Positions 58,457 to 64,000 of a stretch of 64,000 nucleotides of DNA are shown piece by piece; positions within the stretch are counted from its first letter, which is position 1; each line of letters begins with the position of its first letter. The position numbers and the translations under genes are program-made. Source of the DNA: Candidatus Anstonellales archaeon (GTDB lineage: Archaea > Micrarchaeota > Micrarchaeia > Anstonellales > J096); assembly GCA_038890745.1 (NCBI GenBank), contig JAWAFD010000002.1:32001-96000 (forward strand), given 5' to 3'. The notes below the pieces were generated by a model, which saw only the letters and a program-made list of their open reading frames with translations, was not told where the DNA came from and made no database searches.

Positions 58457-58864
58457 CAAATAAAGTTTTGCGTTGAATTTTTTCTCCACAAACTTCCTTG
58501 CCGCCTTTATTCTGCACCCGCCTTTTCCGAGAGCGATTCCCCTCTCTGCCTCGCTTACTGAGAAAAATATACCCCTTTCCCCCATCGCATCCCGTACTTC
58601 AATCTCCATAGGTTTTACGTTGTTGAAGAAATTTTTTATGAACTCCTCAGGGTTTTCGCTATCCGCAAAAATCAAAACCTTCTTCTTAAATTTCTTTTCT
58701 AGTTTTGGAATCATGAAGCCTTTTTTCCCTATCGCCTTTCCTAAGAGGTTTTTAGGAACAAGAAAGAAAAGCGTCTCGTTAACCTCTGCAACATCGGATG
58801 GCATTACATGTGTTATCTTTTCAAATTCGCTTAAATAAAAAAGCTCGGTTTCCCCTATTTCCAT
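58430..58864 (-). CDS. nusA: Archaeal NusA (two KH domains)
   Basis: GKAIGKKG and GIALGKGG KH motifs; lies between L30e and S12. Confidence 0.9.
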   Translation of the reverse strand: MEIGETELFYLSEFEKITHVMPSDVAEVNETLFFLVPKNLLGKAIGKKGFMIPKLEKKFKKKVLIFADSENPEEFIKNFFNNVKPMEIEVRDAMGERGIFFSVSEAERGIALGKGGCRIKAARKFVEKKFNAKLYLKTKKAAFF

Positions 58865-58873
58865 GCGCTCACT

Positions 58874-59266
58874 CTATTTTTTTCCTTTCCTGCCAGCTAT
58901 TTTAAGAATGTTTGATTCTCCCTCGTCATATATAGAGATTACAGAAACAGGATGCGGTCTTCCGCATATTGAACCTAGCTCCAGGCTTGTTTTATCCACA
59001 ACAAAAACAGGAATTCCTGAAAGCCTTGCGTAGTGCTGTATGTCAGCTGCGTTTATTGGAGGGGTGTTTTTTGCTAGCACGATGGCCTTAGCCTTTCCGA
59101 GAAGCGCATCTGCCTGCCCTCTTCTGAATCCCATCTCGTACTTTCCAGTTTCAACCATGAGCTTCAGCGCGCCTTCTATCTCTCCCTCGCCCTCTTTTTT
59201 CTTCCTCTTTCTTGTAACCTTTGCCCCTTTTTTATCTCTTTTTTTCTTCAGTTCTTCTTCAGCCAT
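58874..59266 (-). CDS. rpl30e: 50S ribosomal protein eL30
   Basis: ETGKYEMG, ELGSICGRPH, DEGESNI. Confidence 0.93.
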   Translation of the reverse strand: MAEEELKKKRDKKGAKVTRKRKKKEGEGEIEGALKLMVETGKYEMGFRRGQADALLGKAKAIVLAKNTPPINAADIQHYARLSGIPVFVVDKTSLELGSICGRPHPVSVISIYDEGESNILKIAGRKGKK

Positions 59267-59275
59267 TTAAATCAC

Positions 59276-61720
59276 TCACTTTTTTGGTTTTGTAGTGCTA
59301 AATTCGAGCATAACATTACCGGTTCCTATGGGGACGGTTTGACCAACTATTATATTTTCAGTTACCCCTACAAGCTTGTCCTCCTCTCCTTTTGCAGCTG
59401 CGTTTACAAGGTGTTTCACTGTTTCCTCAAACGCAGCCCGGGCAAGAACGCCGGGTTTTTTTCCACTCAGCCCATGCCGCCCTATGTTTACAATCTTTCC
59501 TTCTGAGCACATCCCATCAGCGACGAGCATGATATGTCTTATGTCAACAGCCAGCTTTTGCATGTCCATAACCTGCTTCATCTCCCTGACTAGCGCAGCC
59601 CTTCCTGCCTCTATTCCGTATATCCTTTCTATCTCCTTTACATTGTTTGTGTATATCCTTAGCGGGTCCACATAGCTATTTTTCAGAACCCCTTCGATAT
59701 TCGAGCCACTCGCCCTTACAAAATACTCTCCGTTTTCATCCTTAACGACTACTGCCCTCGTAATGCCGGCAACTCCTTTCACAATGGTTTTCTTTACGGT
59801 CTCGTAAGTTTTTCTTACGGTCCTTAGCACTCCTCCCTTATGCTTCTTTTCTTCAGCAATCACAGTGATTGTTTTGCTTCGTTTGTCAACCCTTTTTCTC
59901 ATTCCCTCAAGCGCCTTTACCATCTGGTCAAAAGTTACGCGGTAGCTTTTTCCGAGCTTCTCATCATAAGTAATTTTCACAACCTTCTCAGACATTTGCT
60001 CCTTGACTTTTGCAATCTGCTCAACAGTAATACTCTCAACTTGATGCGCGACCTTTTCTGCTATTTCTCTCTTTCTTGAGAATTCTTTTTTTAGGTAGAT
60101 ATCTATGGTTGGCTTTTTCGGCTCCTTCCTTACATCAACAAGCTCTATCAACCTTGGCAGGCCGGTTGGCACATGTTCGGCTACACCGGCGTAGTGGAAG
60201 GTACGCATTGTGTTGTGTGTAATCAATCCATCAAAAGTGGCGAATGTGTGTGCATCATTAACAGTCAGGTCATAAACGTATGGGGTGGTTGGCGGTGCGT
60301 ATTCTATTCTTACGATTTCATCCCATACAACATCTGAGTTGTACATTCTTTCCATCAGCGTGATCTCTTTAGAGATGTCAACATTTTTTTCTTTTGAAAT
60401 CTTTGTGAATGTGTTTATGTATCGAAGCAATGTTGTTCGCCCTATTTTCTGTCTTTTTGTGAAGTTGTTTACCCTCCTTGTTGGATAGCGAAGTTTTTTT
60501 GCAGCTGTGTGCAGAACATCCCCAAATCCACACACCATATCGGTGTAATCCTGGGATTTGGATTTTAAAAGTTTCCCAGCAACCAGTGCAAGCTTTTGCA
60601 GCATCACCCCTTTTTTCTCCACACTGGAACCTATTTTTTGTGAAAATATCGGCGCATATTTATATGGGATGGTAAGCCAAAACTGTTTTCTATCCTTCTT
60701 TTTGCTTGCAAATATCCCGAACCTTGCAAGCAAAAGTTTAATCCCATCCACGAGCTCTTCAGAATTCGAGCTAACCCTAATCATTTTTCTATTTAGCGTG
60801 ATGTTTCCATCGCCATCAAAATAAGCTCTAAGGAGACCTGAAACAAAGGCTTCATTTGCGCTGTACGCAAACTCAGGCACACGTTTGCCAGCAGATCCCT
60901 CTCCGCATGTATTTTTTACGAGTTTGTGGAGGAGTGTTGAGCGTATTCTTAGGTCATTGCTCCACGCAAATCCCCGATGATGCTTGAATTCTTTGAAATG
61001 GAGGTTCGCTCTTTGCGCGAAGGTTTTTATTTTGGAAATAAAGCCTTCATCTGTGTTTGAGATGCTCACCTCGCTATTACTCAAGCTACCTTCTGAGAGG
61101 TATGCGCCAATAAAATAACCAAATATTTCATCAAGCTCGAATGTTTGAGGAATGGGCAGACTTCTCTTTGTTGAAACAGATCCTGCGCTGCAGTTTACTT
61201 TGCCCTGCTCATGCTCTGGCAAAAGCTCCAACGTTTGTATGCTATGCACACAGTTTTCCGGAAGATATTTCAATGCTGGTATCCTATCTCCAACTTTTAG
61301 CATCTTTCCAGCCACAGGAACAATCCTATTGTCTTTCCGGATTACGAAAGAGTGAAAATCTGTGGCAAAAATTTTCCTGCCTGAAGCAGTCCTTACCAGC
61401 ATGAGTTTTGCCGGTGCTTTGCTTCTGTTGCATGAAATAAGCCTATTCCATTTAACTTTCTCATCCGCATCCAGGACAGGAACATACACCTCTTCTCCTA
61501 TCTCCACAATTTCATATGGCCCTTCTTTTTTACACCCGAAATTTTCTATCCCATAGTTAGTAAATTCATCGATACGCCATATCTCAATCCTTCCATTTCT
61601 TTTTATTATTATCCGTTCGCTACCGTCTATGCACATCTGCGTACCTGGTTCACCTAGGCTCTGCGCAGCCACAACCCCAACAGCATCGTGCGGGCATATT
61701 TTGTTCGATTCTTTCATCAT
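59276..61720 (-). CDS. rpoA2: DNA-directed RNA polymerase subunit A'' (Rpo1C), intein-containing
   Basis: AAQSLGEPGTQM-[intein]-TMRTFHYAGV, GLPRLIE, DIRHIMLVAD, ARAAFE, ENIIVGQ. Confidence 0.96.
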   Translation of the reverse strand: MMKESNKICPHDAVGVVAAQSLGEPGTQMCIDGSERIIIKRNGRIEIWRIDEFTNYGIENFGCKKEGPYEIVEIGEEVYVPVLDADEKVKWNRLISCNRSKAPAKLMLVRTASGRKIFATDFHSFVIRKDNRIVPVAGKMLKVGDRIPALKYLPENCVHSIQTLELLPEHEQGKVNCSAGSVSTKRSLPIPQTFELDEIFGYFIGAYLSEGSLSNSEVSISNTDEGFISKIKTFAQRANLHFKEFKHHRGFAWSNDLRIRSTLLHKLVKNTCGEGSAGKRVPEFAYSANEAFVSGLLRAYFDGDGNITLNRKMIRVSSNSEELVDGIKLLLARFGIFASKKKDRKQFWLTIPYKYAPIFSQKIGSSVEKKGVMLQKLALVAGKLLKSKSQDYTDMVCGFGDVLHTAAKKLRYPTRRVNNFTKRQKIGRTTLLRYINTFTKISKEKNVDISKEITLMERMYNSDVVWDEIVRIEYAPPTTPYVYDLTVNDAHTFATFDGLITHNTMRTFHYAGVAEHVPTGLPRLIELVDVRKEPKKPTIDIYLKKEFSRKREIAEKVAHQVESITVEQIAKVKEQMSEKVVKITYDEKLGKSYRVTFDQMVKALEGMRKRVDKRSKTITVIAEEKKHKGGVLRTVRKTYETVKKTIVKGVAGITRAVVVKDENGEYFVRASGSNIEGVLKNSYVDPLRIYTNNVKEIERIYGIEAGRAALVREMKQVMDMQKLAVDIRHIMLVADGMCSEGKIVNIGRHGLSGKKPGVLARAAFEETVKHLVNAAAKGEEDKLVGVTENIIVGQTVPIGTGNVMLEFSTTKPKK
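60212..61633 (-). mobile_element. 474-aa intein with LAGLIDADG homing endonuclease
   Basis: Starts at Cys (CIDGSE), block B ATDFHSF, LAGLIDADG blocks FIGAYLSEG and LLRAYFDGDG, ends ITHN before Thr+1. Confidence 0.95.
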
Positions 61721-61734
61721 ATTCTTTCCACCTT

Positions 61735-64000
61735 CTACACAGTGTCAACATCATCCTCTTTTGGGGCGATGTCGTAGATTTCTGTTTTTGCGAGCATTGG
61801 GTCCTTCCCATCGCCCCCATAAATGTACTGGATAACTTTTCCGTCTGCATCCCTTACACTCAGGTCGCTGGCAACCGTAAGGTCCTGTAGCGCATTTATA
61901 AGCCTTCTCTGCATGTATCCGCTCCTTGCTGTTCTTATTGCAGTATTCACCAACGATTCCCTTCCTCCCATTGCGTGGTGGAAGAACTCATCCGGCTCAA
62001 GCCCTTTTCTAAATCCGTTTGCCACAAACCCGCGCTCTCTCGCAGTAAGCTCTCCGGGCTTGAAGAATACGAGGGTTCTCTTATTGTACCCTCTCTTTAG
62101 TCTTTTATTCCTCACTGCCTGTTGCCCTAGAAGGGCACTCATTTGTATAGCATTCAGTAGAGAACCCCTTGATCCGATTTTGGCCATGATTATGGATGGG
62201 TTCTCCTTTCCAAGAGACTTCTCCACAACCTCACCCACAGCGTCTCTTGTTTTAGAGCCGAGCGACATGATCTGGCTTTCCAGCGTTTCTCTCAAAGTAA
62301 GCCCCGGGCTTCTTTCCAGCGTTCCGTTCTTGTATTGTACTATCAGGTTTTCTATCTCTCTTCTCATTTTTTCAACAAGTTTGTTTACTTCAGCCCTCGC
62401 TTCAGGGCTGAGCTTGTAGCTTCTTAATGAAACACTGAGCCCATGCATTGTAAGACATTCAAGTGCCATCTTTGTAAGCGAATCCAAAAACCATTTTGTA
62501 TATTCCGGCCCTTTTGTAAGGAATATTTTTTCTAGCAACTCGCCCTCGGCCCCTTTGCTTTCCACAGCTCCTTTGATGAGCTCGCCGTTTTTTATTACGA
62601 CCCTCTCCCCAAGCCTTGAGGTATAGGAAACATTAAGGTCTTTTGGGAGCAGGCAGGAAAAAATACTTCTTCCAGAATAATTTTTACCTCTATCTGGTTT
62701 GGGAAGTTTATCTATCCCAGCGAGGTAGAGAAGTTTTGCTGCCTCATCCTTTGTGAATTCCGCATCCTCTCTTGTCAAAAAATAGATTCCAGAGACATGA
62801 TCCTCCTGCGGTTTTATGATGGCATGTCCGTGCCTTGGTGATATTATCTGCTTCTCAACCTTTGCAAGCTCCAATGCCTCAGCTCTTGCCTCTTCTGTTT
62901 GTATGGCATGAAGGTTCATCTCATCGCCATCAAAATCAGCGTTATAAGGAGGGCACACGGCTGGGTTAAGCCTAAATGTTTTTCCAGGGATTACTTTTAC
63001 CCTGTGAGCCATCATACTGATTCTATGCAGGGATGGCTGCCTGTTGAACAGTACAATATCCCCATCTTTTATATTCCTTTCTACAACCCACCCAACTTTT
63101 ACCTCCTCAAGAACTTTTTCTCTTGTCTGCTCCCCTACCTTTATTTTTCTTCCATCACTCCTTATCACATACAGAGCCCTCGGGTAGTCTGTTCTTTTTA
63201 TCAGCTCCTTTGCATACTCAATGTTCCATTCAGTAATCGGAACAGGAACGGTGAGTTCGTTCGCGACAGCTTGAGGAACTCCAACCTCATCTATGGATAT
63301 TCTCGGGTCTGGAGAGATCACCGTTCTTGCCGAAAAGTTTACTCTCTTCCCGCTGAGGTTGTATCTAAATCTCCCCTCCTTCCCCTTCAATCTCTGCGCA
63401 AGCGTTTTGAGCGGTCTCCCACTCCTGTGTCTGGCCGGAGGGATGTTTGCTGTTTCATTATCAAAAAAAGTTGTGATGTGATACTGAAGAAGCTGCCACA
63501 GGTCCTCTATAATCAACTGCGGCGCGCCGGCGTTTATGTTTGCCTCCAATTTCTGGTTTATTCTAATAATATCAACGAGCTTGTGCGTTAGATCATCCTC
63601 GCTCTTCTCTCCACTCTCAAGAGTGATGGATGGTCTTACTGTTACCGGAGGAACCGGAAGAACTGTCAGAACCATCCACTCAGGCCTTGCTGCCTCAGGG
63701 TCTATTCCCAGTTCTCTTACATCTTCGTTGCTTATCCCCGCCAACCAGTCCCGTACTTCGCTAGGAAGAAGCTCCTTTTTCCCAAGATAAAATGAGGTCG
63801 GCTTAACGAATTTAAGCTCCTCAACTTCTGCCCCACACTCAGGGCATTTGTTCGGCCTTTCCCCCTTTTTCGTGAGAATAATTTTATGGCACTTTGGGCA
63901 TGTTGCCTTCAGTATGTAATATATTATTTTAGCGAATTGGACATGCACAACTGGCCTTACAAGCTCTATGTACCCAAAATGACCATGGCATTCTTTTATG
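61735..64000 (-). CDS. rpoA1: DNA-directed RNA polymerase subunit A' (Rpo1N), 5' end outside the window
   Basis: NADFDGDEMN, LFNRQPSLH, SGYMQRRL; the frame stays open to the window edge (GHFGYIEL). Confidence 0.97.
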   Translation of the reverse strand, partial: IKECHGHFGYIELVRPVVHVQFAKIIYYILKATCPKCHKIILTKKGERPNKCPECGAEVEELKFVKPTSFYLGKKELLPSEVRDWLAGISNEDVRELGIDPEAARPEWMVLTVLPVPPVTVRPSITLESGEKSEDDLTHKLVDIIRINQKLEANINAGAPQLIIEDLWQLLQYHITTFFDNETANIPPARHRSGRPLKTLAQRLKGKEGRFRYNLSGKRVNFSARTVISPDPRISIDEVGVPQAVANELTVPVPITEWNIEYAKELIKRTDYPRALYVIRSDGRKIKVGEQTREKVLEEVKVGWVVERNIKDGDIVLFNRQPSLHRISMMAHRVKVIPGKTFRLNPAVCPPYNADFDGDEMNLHAIQTEEARAEALELAKVEKQIISPRHGHAIIKPQEDHVSGIYFLTREDAEFTKDEAAKLLYLAGIDKLPKPDRGKNYSGRSIFSCLLPKDLNVSYTSRLGERVVIKNGELIKGAVESKGAEGELLEKIFLTKGPEYTKWFLDSLTKMALECLTMHGLSVSLRSYKLSPEARAEVNKLVEKMRREIENLIVQYKNGTLERSPGLTLRETLESQIMSLGSKTRDAVGEVVEKSLGKENPSIIMAKIGSRGSLLNAIQMSALLGQQAVRNKRLKRGYNKRTLVFFKPGELTARERGFVANGFRKGLEPDEFFHHAMGGRESLVNTAIRTARSGYMQRRLINALQDLTVASDLSVRDADGKVIQYIYGGDGKDPMLAKTEIYDIAPKEDDVDTV

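Overview
Archaeal chromosomal segment, most consistent with a DPANN lineage such as Micrarchaeota (inference: split RNA polymerase A'/A'', thermosome, proteasome alpha, archaeal TPI and DTD2, compact gene packing, many genes with a TATA box ~25 nt upstream of the start codon, multi-intron tRNAs). It is mostly housekeeping: recJ, thermosome, rnhA, tpiA, dtdA, uppP, srp54, purB, prs, pyrBI, tmk, secFD, pyrH, psmA, glmU, serS, EF-2/S7/S12/NusA/L30e, and rpoA'/A'' with a LAGLIDADG intein in A''. The most notable non-routine signals are: (1) three tRNAs (Ser-CGA, Thr-CGT, Glu-TTC) carrying two families of shared BHB introns, including a 136-nt structured T-loop (59/60) intron that is nearly identical in tRNA-Ser and tRNA-Thr; (2) an AT-rich two-gene unit encoding a minimal ValRS-like (class Ia) paralog without CP1 and with degenerate HIGH/KMSKS, coupled to a GNAT; (3) a tight five-gene operon built around a split VirB4/HerA-type ATPase with four uncharacterised partners; (4) a membrane-anchored lytic transglycosylase; (5) a Doc toxin with an unannotated 45-aa antitoxin, and a paralogous membrane-protein pair, each flanked by direct repeats that duplicate a promoter; (6) catalytically degenerate M50 and MBL surface proteins. 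All family assignments come from motif recognition by eye; no database searches were run.
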